From positions 53,878,001 through 53,942,000 of the forward strand of contig NC_073384.1 of the NCBI RefSeq assembly GCF_028641065.1: a DNA stretch of 64,000 nt. The letters are read 5' to 3'. Below are positions 47,501-58,824 of the stretch, piece after piece; the stretch's first letter is position 1; each line of letters starts with the position of its first letter. The position numbers and the translations under genes are program-made. Under the pieces are notes generated by a model. That model was given only the letters and a program-made list of their open reading frames with translations, had not been told where the DNA came from and ran no database searches. The stretch is from Leucoraja erinacea. Its lineage: Eukaryota.

Positions 47501-48667
47501 AGATCAATAATACATTTAAAGGAGTACTCCTCTCTGCGTTGAATGAGTCAATAAAACGTACGCAAACAGGTACCTCAAAATACACCCGATTTTTGAAGAA
47601 ACAAGAAATTAAGTTATTAATTTACGCACATTGTTTTAAATATTTACTTATGACAGTGCGCCACAAAGCCATGAATAATTCATACACCAGTAAAGAAAAA
47701 TTTGATCTTCATGTTTCCCCCTTCCCCTTCCCCCTTCCCATTCAAGAGACTCCGGTGCTGCAAACCAGAAGTGACTTATTGCCCATAAATGAGTTCTTAG
47801 GTTTCTATTATATCAGATGAGGATACTTTTGTAGCGGGTTGGGTGACAACAATAAAGGTTCTTTACATTCTGTTGCAAACACAGTGGATGTTGTGGTTTT
47901 TTTTAATATGTTTTAAATTGTAGATTCAGCTTGATGACTGTCTCTTGAAAGATGAATTCCTGAAGCATCAATGATAGCGTACGGCAGCTCTGGCCCAAAA
48001 CAAGCTGCTGCCTGTTTGGAAGCACTTCATTCTCTTATTGTACAGATGGGCAGCTTGCATGCAGTGTGCCCTTCAGTGGTTTGGGTCACAAATGACTCAG
48101 TGAAGATCCAATAAGGTGGGGGGTGTGGGGGGAAGAGTTACTAAGGACGTTGCGACTGATGCCACACAAGTTCCATTAGTATTGAATTTTATGAAGGCTG
48201 TCGTCTGAGTTTAGCATTTACTTGAAAAACTGATCAAACTTGAAGTTATCAGATTTCATCTTTGCTTTGAGAAAACATAAAGCTGATTTCAACCAAACCA
48301 CTTGATTTAAATTCATAAGGAAATTTAGAGTAAATGTCAGTCGATCTTTTTATCCTTCAGTTTTTTTTTGTGGGGAAATTATGCAGGTTTCATATTGCAT
48401 TAATAAAAAGCTGGAAAATGAATTGAAAGCCTGATGGTGCATTCAAGAGTAGGTTTGTGATCAATTCAAGGGGCAGACACACTCTTTGGGCTTCAGCATG
48501 ACTATGATATGGTTGAATTTGGAATTCAGCCATGATTTTTTATACATAGGGCCTGGAGTATTTAATACTGTTTTGGTCTCCTTTCTGAAAATAAAAAATA
48601 TATTTGGCATACAGAGAGTGCAACAAAGATTTACTGGGGTGCAGATTTCCTAAATGAGGAGAAAGCA

Positions 48668-48982
48668 GGGGTGGCATGGTGACACAGCGGTAGAGTAGCT
48701 GTCTTACAGCGCCAGAGACCTGGGTTTGATCCTGACTGTGGGTGCTGTCTGTACGGAGTTTGCATGTACTTCCTGTGAACGTTTGGGTTTTCCCCGGGTG
48801 CTCTGGTTTTCTCTCACATTCCAAAAATGCACAGGTCTGTCGGCTAATTGGCTTCTGTAAAGATTGTAAATTGTCGCTAATGTGTAGGATAGTGCTAGTG
48901 TACGGGGATCGCTGGTCATCGTGGACTTAGTGAGCCTAAGGGGCTGTTTCCACGCTGTATCTCTCGAAACTCTAAACTCTAA
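48668..48982 (+). mobile_element. HE1/V-SINE
   Basis: tRNA head, V domain and ...gctgtatctc..(taaactc) tail. Confidence 0.9.
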
Positions 48983-48994
48983 AAGATAGGATAG

Positions 48995-49360
48995 GACCAT
49001 ACTGTATTCTCTAGTTTAGAGGAATGAAAGGTGATATAATTAAAAACTATAACATTCTTTCAGGGCTTGAAAGACTAGGCACATGGGAGATGTTCCTTAT
49101 GGCTGAGGAGTCTGGAACCAGGAGTCTGATTCAGAATATGGTAAGGCCATTCAGCACAGAGATGAGAAGGAACTTCTTCACTGAGCGGCTGGATCATGGA
49201 GGCTCATTCATTATCTGCATTCAAAGCAAAGTTTCTAGATATCAAAGGAATCAAAGAATATAGGGATAGTGCCAGAAAATGAAGCTATGATAGAAGAAGG
49301 GCTATTATCTTGATTAAGAATGGAGCAGGCTTGAAGGGCTCAGTGACTTTTACCTTCTCT
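48995..49360 (+). mobile_element. Degenerate CR1 3' end
   Basis: YSLV.RGMKGDIIKNYNILSGL...FSTEMRRNFFTER and a ggagcaggcttgaagggc tail. Confidence 0.8.
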
Positions 49361-50471
49361 TAATTCTTAAGTTATTATTCTTAAGAATGAATATTAAGTA
49401 CTTGGACTATTCAAAAGCCGCTAAGAAGGAAATTATTAGATCCAACTAGGATAGTTGTGGCAAAGTGAATGTCAACTGAATAGATAGGAAGAAACTATGA
49501 ATGATAAAGTTTCTCAAAGTTGTTGTTGTCATGTTCTGACATGGCATATGCTCACTGTGAATATCAGTCATTTTGGAAAAATATTAAAGGACCTTTTTTC
49601 AAATTTGCCTATAATACTGCAATTGGGATAAATTGACAAAAATGGTTCTGAGGACCGATCAAAGCATCAAAAAGATATTAAGGAAATAGTGACATATGTA
49701 AAAACAGAGATGGCCTTCAATATATTTCAATATGATATGATTTGTTGAAACAAACATTTTATACATTGGAATAGAAAGTGTGGATAGAAATAATGATTTG
49801 AGGGCTTCTGATCGAGAAAATATCAGCAGCATATTAATTAGAAAAGCTCCCTATGAAAACATGTATTAAGCCAGGGTTTTCTGGAAAGAAGGAAATAATA
49901 TGAAAGTCAATCTATAGAAGCTGCAACAAACAAATAATAAGATCTTGCTGGTAGAATTCTTACATGCTCCAGCTGATAGCTCCAAATCATGCAATAGGTT
50001 GTTATTTAGTTTTTTGGAGGACAGGAGAGTTCTTAGGAATAGAATGTTTTCAATCGATTATGGAACCTGCTAGACAAGTCATTGTTATAAGCTCAGATGG
50101 AGGAGAGTAGACTTATAATTGCATTAAAAAAAATAGTGACAGGGGGTATTAAGGCTATGAAATAAACTACGGAATTAATGACAGAAACAGCAACTGTTAA
50201 CATTTAAGGATAGATTACCCAGGTGACTGAAAGGATGAGGAATAAGGGCAAATGGGAGCATATTGAGCACATATGATTCACCAAAATGCTCCAATTTCCA
50301 ATTTCTGTACATACTAATTTGTTATCATGGGATTGTGTATAGGAACATAAACTCTTTTTAAAGGAAAAATGTAGGAATTATATTTAATTATTTATTTAAA
50401 TGTTTGCTAATATGGACAATATTGTGGAAAAACAACTAACATGCTAAGTTATGAAAATAGGCTAATGATTT

Positions 50472-50792
50472 TTAGTTTGGTTTAGTCTAGAGATACAGGG
50501 TGGGAACAGGCCCTTCACCCCACTCAGTCCGCGCCGACCAGCGATCCCCGCACATTAACACTATCCTACACACACTAGGGAAATTTACATTTATACCAAG
50601 TCAATTAACCATCAAACCTGTACGTTTTTGGTGTGTGGGAGGAAACCGAAGATCTTAGAGAAAACCCACGCGGTCACGGGGAGAACGTACAAACTCCGTA
50701 CAGGCAGCACCTGTAGTTAGGATCAAACCCGGGTCTCTGGCACTGCAGGCACTGTAAGGCAGCAACAATACTGCTGTGCTACCGTGCCGCCC
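50472..50792 (-). mobile_element. HE1/V-SINE (well preserved)
   Basis: Full tail, V domain and tRNA head ending ...ccgtgccgccc. Confidence 0.92.
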
Positions 50793-51024
50793 AATGATGT
50801 GAGTGTGTCTGCTATCTTAGTGCTTGGAAAAGAGAAAGAAAAGGAGTTGATGAAAAATGTAATGTGTAAATGTAAAAAGATCAATCACAAACCCACTTGC
50901 AAAATTCCAGCTTTCTGCATTCAAGAAGAAACTTACACATGAGAAACACATGATGTTAGTTTCATACATGTTAGCTGTGAGGTTTACAAGATTCAAGATG
51001 GTAGTAACCATGGACACATGATAG

Positions 51025-51160
51025 GTCAAGACATGGATAGGACCATTTTGGAGGGATATGGATCATGCGTAGACAGGTGGGATTAGAATACCTGGGACAT
51101 GTTGGCTAATGTGGGCAAGTTAGGCCGAAGGGCCTGTTTCCACACTGTTTCCATTCTACG
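51025..51160 (+). mobile_element. CR1 3' tail fragment
   Basis: gagggatatgga...gggccgaagggcctgtttcc-type tail. Confidence 0.75.
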
Positions 51161-51251
51161 ACTAATTGTAACCAAACTTTAATAATGCAGAAATAATTCT
51201 GAGTTATTAAAAAAAAATGTAATTACTCATTACAGTAGAATTTTATATAAT

Positions 51252-51877
51252 ACAGACCAACTGGGACCCATTGGGTCCCTGTGACACGGGAGGCCTGGTC
51301 CCCCAACGCAACCCATTCCCCAACGCAATGTTGCACCACTAACCCATAGCCCCCATGGGAGGTGTGGTCCCCCGACTCAACCCATTGCTGAACGTAAGAT
51401 TCTAGCATTCCCCTGCCCCTCCCCTGCCCCCTCCCCAGCACGTGACTTAAAAAAAATCCAATTGCACTTCCCCAATTGCAATATCAATTCACCCTCCCCC
51501 TGCTGTCCTGCCAGGAGCTGGAGTAAGTGTTGTATGATGGCACCATTGTTGCAAATGTTGGGTGGAGAACTGTGATATCCCATTCAGGTGAAATGTTGGT
51601 GGAAGCACAGTGTTCCTGTATTGCAACTTTGTATCAAAGTTTGTTGGAAGCTGGCAGTAAGGATTTTAACCGTAAAAATCTTGTGAAAGTTGGCTTTTTT
51701 AAACCTTTAAATATCAATAACATGAAATATAACATCAAATCTGATGGAAACTTGACAAGGGAAAACGCTGAGTAAGGTTGTGGACATTTTTTAGTGCTAC
51801 CATGTACAGTTTTGGCATATATACGATCACACAGACACACACATAGAAACAAGATGAGACTTTTAATAGTATATAGA
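51252..51877 (-). mobile_element. Non-autonomous Helitron-like element
   Basis: The minus strand starts A|TCTATATAC. Hairpin GGGACCC-AAT-GGGTCCC at 51263-51279 lies ~10 nt from the end. The left 70 bp are homologous to 36625-36682. Confidence 0.7.
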
Positions 51878-52181
51878 TAACACAGTGGTGATTATATTAT
51901 TGAAGTATATAATTGACTGCAAGATATGTTGGAGCAACTTGGGAATGTGTAAGAAGCTAAACTAATGTTAATTTTTCTTTTGTGTCTTGTTTTCAATTTT
52001 TCTTAATTAACGTATTCTTTGATTGATGTCTAGATAATGTCCATAGACTTTCTGCAGGCATTTGCTAGGACAATTCCTAGCAGGCAAGTATATATAACCT
52101 ACAAGGCATTTGGGACCTGTACAGTGGCTCTTCAGAGAAGAATTATTAATAATCAGAGCACAACATGAAAGCAAATGTTGA

Positions 52182-52503
52182 AAGGAAGTGCAGATGCTGG
52201 TTTGAAAAATAAACCACACAAAGTGCTGGAGTAACTCAGCAGATCAGGCAGCATCCCTGGAGAACATGGATAGGTGATGTTTTGGGTCAGGACCCTTCTT
52301 CAGACTGGAATATGAATAGGTGACCTTTCAAATAGGCGACCCTTCCTCAGACTGGAACATGGATAGATAAAGTTTGGGTTGGGATCCATCTTCCAGACTG
52401 CAACATGGCTGGGAAAGAGTTCAGACCCAAAACCTCAACGATCCATGTTCTCCAGGTTTGCAGCTTTACCTGCTGAGTTACAGTACTCCTGCACTTTGTG
52501 TCT
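52182..52503. mobile_element. Palindromic Penelope-terminus element with three tandem 46-47-nt hammerhead units
   Basis: Units at 52262-52307, 52308-52354 and 52355-52400; inverted arm at ~52410-52503. Confidence 0.8.
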
Positions 52504-52744
52504 GTAAGAAAACGTATTCAACAGAACTACAAAAAAAAATCAGTGTCAAATCAGGTATACAGGGGAAGAGAAATAAATTCTGGATTAATAGTTAGTGATC
52601 AGGAGAAAGTATAATAAAGAAAAATAGTGATTTCCATTTCTCCTATGGTAATATTGAAAAAAAATCATTTTTATTATCCAAAATTTGTTCAGATGTTGTT
52701 GAAATTTACCAGAAAGAATCTTGAGAATAGCATGATTCTTTTGA

Positions 52745-53056
52745 TTTAGTTTTATTTAGTCTTGAGAAACAATGTGGAAACAGTCCCTTCAGCCCATCAA
52801 GTCCGCGCCGACCGCCGATCACCTGAACACTAGTTCTATCTGACACATTAGGGTAATAACTAAGGACAATTTGCAGAAGCTATTTAATCTACAAACGTGC
52901 ACGTCTATGGAATGTGGGAGGAAACCAGAGCACCCGGAGGAAACTCATGCAGTCACAGATAGAATGTGCAAACTCCGCGCAGAGAGCACCTGTCGTCAGG
53001 ATCGAAGCTGGGTCTCTGGTGCTGTAAGGCAGCAACTCTGCACCATTGTGCCACCC
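52745..53056 (-). mobile_element. HE1/V-SINE
   Basis: Consensus match to the other copies. Confidence 0.88.
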
Positions 53057-54011
53057 TCTTTGATAGTGATTCAAAAGTGTGGGTGTACAATTGCATCGCT
53101 ATTTGTAGGTGTACATTGTGTGCAAATCATCTGCTGTTTTATAGATTGCAATGGTGACCGGACATAAAATGTTACATTCATTTGAGGTTATATATTTTTT
53201 GGAACATTGTGAGGTTTTGAAAGCACTATACAAATGCAAACCCTTTTTTTTAGAAATGCACCTCTTTCACACAATGTAATTGTTTAAATTTTATGACTGA
53301 AATAACCGCGATGGTGAAATGTCATTTCAATGAAATTGACTGCAACCTCTGGAATCTGCTCATACCAGTTCTGGAGAAAGTCCAAGAATTGCTGTTGCTG
53401 ATTGCCTGCTCCTCCACAGGTTGCTCTGCAGTCAGCTTTGTTGCATAAGGTGCAATTGTGTATGTAATGGTGTACTCAGTAATAATTAGTGCTTAATATC
53501 CCTTGATGTGTGGATTATAAATCTCAGAAAATTATTAGGATATATACTTGAGGTTAAATTAACATTTCTTTTGCTTTTAAAAAAGGTTTATAATAGTTCA
53601 GTTTATACCTTAATTTCTTGCAAGTATTCAATCATCATTTCTCCAGCTATAAAATATTTAAAATACTGATTACTAACTAGCGGGCATGATTTTAGATGTG
53701 CTTTATGGTCAACGTGGCACCAACTTTAGTAACCTCACGTGCTGCTGAATTATCATTCCACTTTGCCCCTTGCATGCTCTACAGGGCAAATGAGAAGCCC
53801 TGTAGAGCACCCAGATACCAAGTGTAGGGTGTTAGCTGTGCGGGGCTGGGGTTATGGTTGGCAGAGGTGGTTGTGGGGGAGAGGGGTCTGGCAGTTAGAT
53901 GCTCGGTCAGAGCAAGGAAACGTTTTGGAGGAGCAGGGAGAATGTTGGATCCATTCAGTCGCCAGAGGATTAGATAAAAGCCCAGGGAATGATGGAGAAT
54001 CTTCAGGAAGT

Positions 54012-54043
<32 letters not shown>

Positions 54044-54364
54044 GAGGTCAGCTAAAGGAATAGTGAGACCCAAGGAAGAGTTGTTGGCAATCGGAATAAG
54101 GTTTGAGGAGGAGAAGCAATCAGGCCCTGGCGAATTCAATAATTTTGGAGCCACTGACACGTGGGCAATTGAAGCCATTCAGACTGGGGAGTTGGATGAT
54201 CATGGATTTTTACCGGCAGCTCAAAGAATAAAAGGAAGACTATCTTATTGTACTGCAAACATAGTCGCTCTTGAGGCAAGAAATGACGATCACTTCGAGG
54301 GCAGAGTCACTACATTCCCCACAATAACCCAATGTAACCATTGAATGAAGATGAAAATCAATAA

Positions 54365-54520
54365 ACACACAGCAAATGCTGGAAATCTAAAATGGAAAAT
54401 GACAAACACCAGAAACATTCAGCTGGTCAAGCAGCATCTGTGGAATGAGAAGCAGTTCTGGTGAAGTGTTTCTGACCTGACAGATTAACTTTTTATTTCC
54501 ACTAATGCTGCCTGACTTAC
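54365..54520. mobile_element. Old palindromic Penelope-terminus element
   Basis: cagcaaatgctggaaatc...gcagcatctgtgga / ...tccactaatgctgcctgac inverted arms, with a decayed ctggtgaag...cctgac core. Confidence 0.6.
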
Positions 54521-54534
54521 ACAGTAAGTGTCAT

Positions 54535-54675
54535 TAGACTTTAGAGATACAGCATGGAAACAGTCCTTTCGGCCCACCTAGTCTGCACCAACCAGCTATC
54601 ACCCCATACACTAGCACTGTAATACACACTAGGGACAATGTATAACTTTACCAAAGCCAAATAACCTACAAACAT
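54535..54675 (-). mobile_element. HE1/V-SINE 3' half
   Basis: ttagagatacagcatggaaacag...ccaaataacctacaaac. Confidence 0.82.
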
Positions 54676-55485
54676 GTTGGTAGACGTTTTCAATAAGGAT
54701 TCTGTGAAATTCTTTTGAGTTGTGAATGAAGTACTGTTTTGTGCTGAAATGTTCATACTTTTAGTTAGTTTCCATATAACGGTGTAATTTCGGTCATCTT
54801 ACTGTGGTTTCATTAGCAATAATGATAGCAGGGCAGGAGACTTGAGCTCCAGGCCTCTAAGTGTTATTGAAGTGTTACCAGTAGCTCACAAAATGCACAA
54901 TGCTTGCCGATCCACATTAGGTTCTCTCTCCCCCACCCCCTCATTAAATGCCATGTCCTCGATCTCCCCTTAATGCTTCATCTGGCAGGCCCAGCTGAGA
55001 ACTGACAAAATGCACCCATCCAAGGTAGGTGAGCCATAGGTAGCCACTGGGATTGGAAAAGGTTGGGTTGGCAAGCTGTTCATGAGTGCTTCAGCGCAAA
55101 ATCAACTTTATATTAGAAAAAAAACAAGGCAATTTCTAAGTCATTTTTGAAACCACGTATTCATTTTTGAATTAATGAAATCAGGGAAAGAGAGCAATGT
55201 TTTAAAGAAGGTAGAATTGGCTGAGCTGGGAAGTGGAAATGTTACAAAACTGATAAGAAAGGATGAAAGGATTAATCCAAGGGACATGCTAAAGTTTAAA
55301 TGGGACTAATGAGAGGGTAATTCACACCAAAGCCAGGGGAGTAAAGCTTTACATATGTTTGCATATTTAATTCTGGTTAGCCTAGGCTGCCAGAACCATA
55401 TGATTTCAGACAAAGTATTGCCACATATTGGACAAACAATATACATATTATAGGAGCATATGTTCTTAGGCCATTATATCATTAC

Positions 55486-55772
55486 TTAGTTCAGTTTAAT
55501 TTAAGCTAAACATGCCCTTCAACCACCGAGTCCTCGACGACCAGCAATCCCCATACCCTCGCACTATCCTACACACACCAGGGACAATTTACATTTCACA
55601 GAAACCAATTAACCGACAAACCTGGACGTCTTTGGAGTGTGAGAGGAAACCAGAGATCCCGGAGAAAACCCACGCAGGTCACTGGAAGAACGTATGACAC
55701 CTGTAGTCAGAATTGAACCTGGGTCTCTGGCGCTGTGAATCAGCGACTCTACTGCTGTGCCACCGTGCCACC
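55486..55772 (-). mobile_element. HE1/V-SINE
   Basis: Consensus match to the other copies. Confidence 0.87.
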
Positions 55773-55824
55773 CTTCTTCTTTTAAATCGGAACACAAATA
55801 GTAAAGAAAGAAAGAAAAACTACT

Positions 55825-55966
55825 TTTCATTATTGCATTTCATAACCTCAGGAAGTCCTAAAGTGCTTTGGAGTCAATGTAGTGCTTCTTCAAGTGTTGT
55901 CACAGTTGTAATGAAGGAGTCAATATAACACCATAGCAAACCTCTGAAAATCCCAAAACAAGCAAT
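55825..55966 (-). mobile_element. DeuSINE/SacSINE1-like 3' tail relic (similar relics at ~53110-53242 on + and ~63352-63465 on -)
   Basis: tttcataacctcaggaagtcctaaagtgcttt...caatg.agt.ctt..aagtgttgtcacagttgtaatg resembles the recalled SacSINE1 tail. Confidence 0.55.
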
Positions 55967-56031
55967 TCACTTCTTGACTGCAATCAGCGTTCTTGTGCCG
56001 TCAAATTCAACAATTTATAATTTGATTCCAA

Positions 56032-56465
56032 GGGCAGTGCATTGCACAGCTGGTGGAGCTGCTTCCTCACAGCGCTAGAGGCCCGGATTCAATCCTGACC
56101 TCAGGGTTCTGTTAGTGTGGAGATTGCACGATCTCCCTGTGACTGCCTGGGTTTCCACTGCCACTCCGGTTTCCTCCCACATCGCCAAGACTGGCAGGTT
56201 TGTCGGTTAATTGATCTCTGAAAAACAAATTGCCCCTAATATGTATGGAGTGGATGGGAAAGTGGGATAAACATAGAACTAGTGTGCCGCAACATGCTGG
56301 AGTAACTCAGCAGGTCAGGCAGTATCTCTGGAGATAAGGAATAGGTGTCGAGACCCTTCATCAGGCATAATGTGAATCACAGAACTAGTGTGAATGGGTG
56401 TCTGATGATCAGTGTGGATTCAGTGGGCCGAAGGGCCAGATTCCAAGCTGTATCTCTAAACCATA
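56032..56465 (+). mobile_element. HE1/V-SINE interrupted by a Penelope-terminus fragment (56287-56380)
   Basis: The insert is flanked by the 12-bp direct repeat AGAACTAGTGTG at 56275-56286 and 56381-56392. Confidence 0.85.
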
Positions 56466-56821
56466 ACTTACTGGTGCACTTTATATTTGGCAAGTGAGCT
56501 GCTTTTTGTGATACAGTTTGCCTAAAGAACGTGGCCTAGGAATCTTGAGGAAATCTGTTTCTATTTAAATAGTTTCATAGTTTTTTTCACAACCACCTGC
56601 GCAAACTCACACTGTCCTGTGCAAAAAGAAATTTGAACGGAAGGGTAAAAAACGTATTCATATCCGACGCATATGACCGATTCATTATATAGTCAGATTC
56701 TGGAGTAGATTGGTGCTAAAGAATTTAGAATCATGTGTGCTTCCTATTAAGCCAAACATAGACATTTCCTACCCTTTGTTGGGCTACTATCTCCTTCTCC
56801 CAACCCCTTCCTGACAGCCAC

Positions 56822-56937
56822 AAGGAACTGCAGATGCTGGTTTACAAAAAAAAGACCCAAAGTGCCGGAGTAACTCAACCGGTCAGACAGCATCTCTGGA
56901 GGGCATGAATAGGTCGGAATCCTTCTTCAGACCCTTC
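56822..56937 (-). mobile_element. Penelope terminal fragment
   Basis: aaggaactgcagatgctgg...gcatctctggag...ccttcttcagac. Confidence 0.8.
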
Positions 56938-57199
56938 CTGACCAGTTGCAGTTGTAGAGAGCAGCAAAGCTGGAACTCCTGTCAGCCAAGGCAGCAGATG
57001 CACAGCATTTCCAGTTGATGTTCTGATGCTGAATTAGATATGCTTTCCTGCTGTTTCCACTCTCCAGCCAGCCCCACACGAAGTGCATAGAAATGGAGCT
57101 AAGTTTGGATGTAACCATGGTGTTGATCAATGATAATGTATTTTGGTAATCCTACATTATATTGCCATGTGTGAGTGAGGCAGGCAGTACAAGGCAATA

Positions 57200-57440
57200 T
57201 GCAATTGGCAGCATTGAAAATAATCCAATTAATTTGTTATTACTGGCGTTAATTAAGAATGTTGGCCAGACACCAAAAAAGTGCTCTGCTCTTCCCGAAT
57301 AGCATTGTAAGACCTTTAATGTCCGTTTGAACCATCCAAACAGGCAGATGGTGCCTCAGTTTAACATCTTCTCTATAGGGTAACCTCTCCAACAGTGAAG
57401 TGCTGAACTGGCGGGTCAGACCAGATTATGTGCTCAGGTT
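57200..57440 (-). mobile_element. Ancient DeuSINE (SacSINE1/AmnSINE1-like) Deu domain
   Basis: ttggccagacacc...ctgctctt...gaatag...ggcagatggtgcctcagtttaacatc...ctccaacagtg...gtcagaccagattatgtgctca. Confidence 0.72.
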
Positions 57441-57594
57441 AACTTGTCTGGCGAAAGATCTCGCATCCCTGTGTGTCAGGAGCCTGCTTTGTTTGTCTCT
57501 TCAGTCTGAATGGGGAAACAGTTTCTTGGAGTATCATGGCTGTGTATCAGCCACACTTCAACAATGCTACAGTGTTTTTAATTGAGCGGATTTG

Positions 57595-57684
57595 ACTGAA
57601 GACGGGTCTCGACCCAAAACGTCACCTATCCATGTTCTCCACAGATGCTGCCTGCCCACTGAGTTACTCCAGCACTTTGTGTCA
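57595..57684 (+). mobile_element. Penelope terminal fragment with mutated hammerhead (GAAA changed to AAAA)
   Basis: ctgaagacgggtctcgacccaaaacgtcacctatcc...gagttactccagcactttgtg. Confidence 0.83.
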
Positions 57685-57809
57685 TTTTCTCCATTAATTG
57701 CAGTTTGGTCTGATTTGAAAAATACAGGAAATTGCAAAAATGATAACTTGAGCAGTTCTAAATCTCTTGAGATTTAATAACTTGAGCACTTTTAAATCTT
57801 TTCCCTTTA

Positions 57810-58050
57810 CGGGGGCCCTGCCTTTTCCCTGTCGGGTCTCCGTTGTCGTTGGGGCCTAGCATCGTATAGCGGCCTCCAACCGGAACAACCTGGGGGCCCC
57901 AGTCGTGGAGCCTGCGGACTCACCATCGTGGAGCTGGCTGGCTTCGGAGCATGGAGAGTTGTGGTGGCGTGTGGCTGCGACTCGACTTTGCAGCTTCGGA
58001 GGCTCAAGCTGCAGGCCCGGTGGACAGTGGCATCAGGAGCTTGCGATGTG
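57810..58050 (+). mobile_element. GC-rich fragment probably related to the 1784/33132 retroposon family
   Basis: Shares the motifs ggcctagc/ggcctacc and ccatcgtggagct (compare acatcgtgaagct at ~33508 and caccgtggagct in copy 1). Confidence 0.45.
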
Positions 58051-58824
58051 ACTGAGTAATGGAATACAGCATTGTGCTCCTGAAGTGGAGTATAAACTCA
58101 CTGAAGAAATACCTTATCCTTATTTTGAGAGCATCTAGATGCAAAATAATTTGTGAATGTTATAATTTAGAGAAAAAATATTTATTCAACATAAATTTGT
58201 CAATGGGGCCTTGTGCAACAGTTAATAATCCTGAGCACAGCATGGGAACAAAATTAGGACAATTTTTTTTTGATTTTCCAATTCTCCACGGAAACAAAAA
58301 ATAGTCAGAAAATGAAATAAAATGCAGAACTATAAAAGAAGGATGGATCAAACACAGTCTGGAGCAGTCTGAAGGAAAGGTTATCATTTACAAATCCTCT
58401 GGAATACTTTTATCACCTTAAGAAATCAGATGAAGGAAACATAATGGATAATGTTTATATGAATTCACAAAAAAATGTTGAATGTACTTGCAAGCATAGT
58501 ATTCGCTAAGTTATAGGGTGCGAAAAGAAAGGGTGTAGATATAATGGGATGCTTTTTCACAGCGGCAAAAATCCAAATGGGCCGAATGTGCTCCTTCTCT
58601 GCTGTGTAACACCATGAGTTATAATTCTTCTTTACCTTGTTTGCATTGCCCACACAGGCAAACAATAACTTAATACTCATTCACCACCACGGTCCAAAGA
58701 TAAATTGCTACCTTTAGTATTTAATAAGATTTTAAGTAAGAGACATGGCAAATGTGATAAGATGTGGCTACCGTGAAATAGCAATACTGATACAAAGAGG
58801 ACGCAAGGAAGGAAATAGAATCCA

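Noticed and set aside
49400-50260. Possible very old CR1/L2 relic; also a possible Harbinger relic at ~7060-7230
   Set aside because: Only faint similarity and no motif clear enough to support a call.
53739-54344. 201-aa plus-strand ORF with a poly-Gly run
   Set aside because: No recognisable domain and includes a G homopolymer. More likely the antisense of a decayed pyrimidine-rich retroelement 5' region (possibly Penelope), too uncertain to call.
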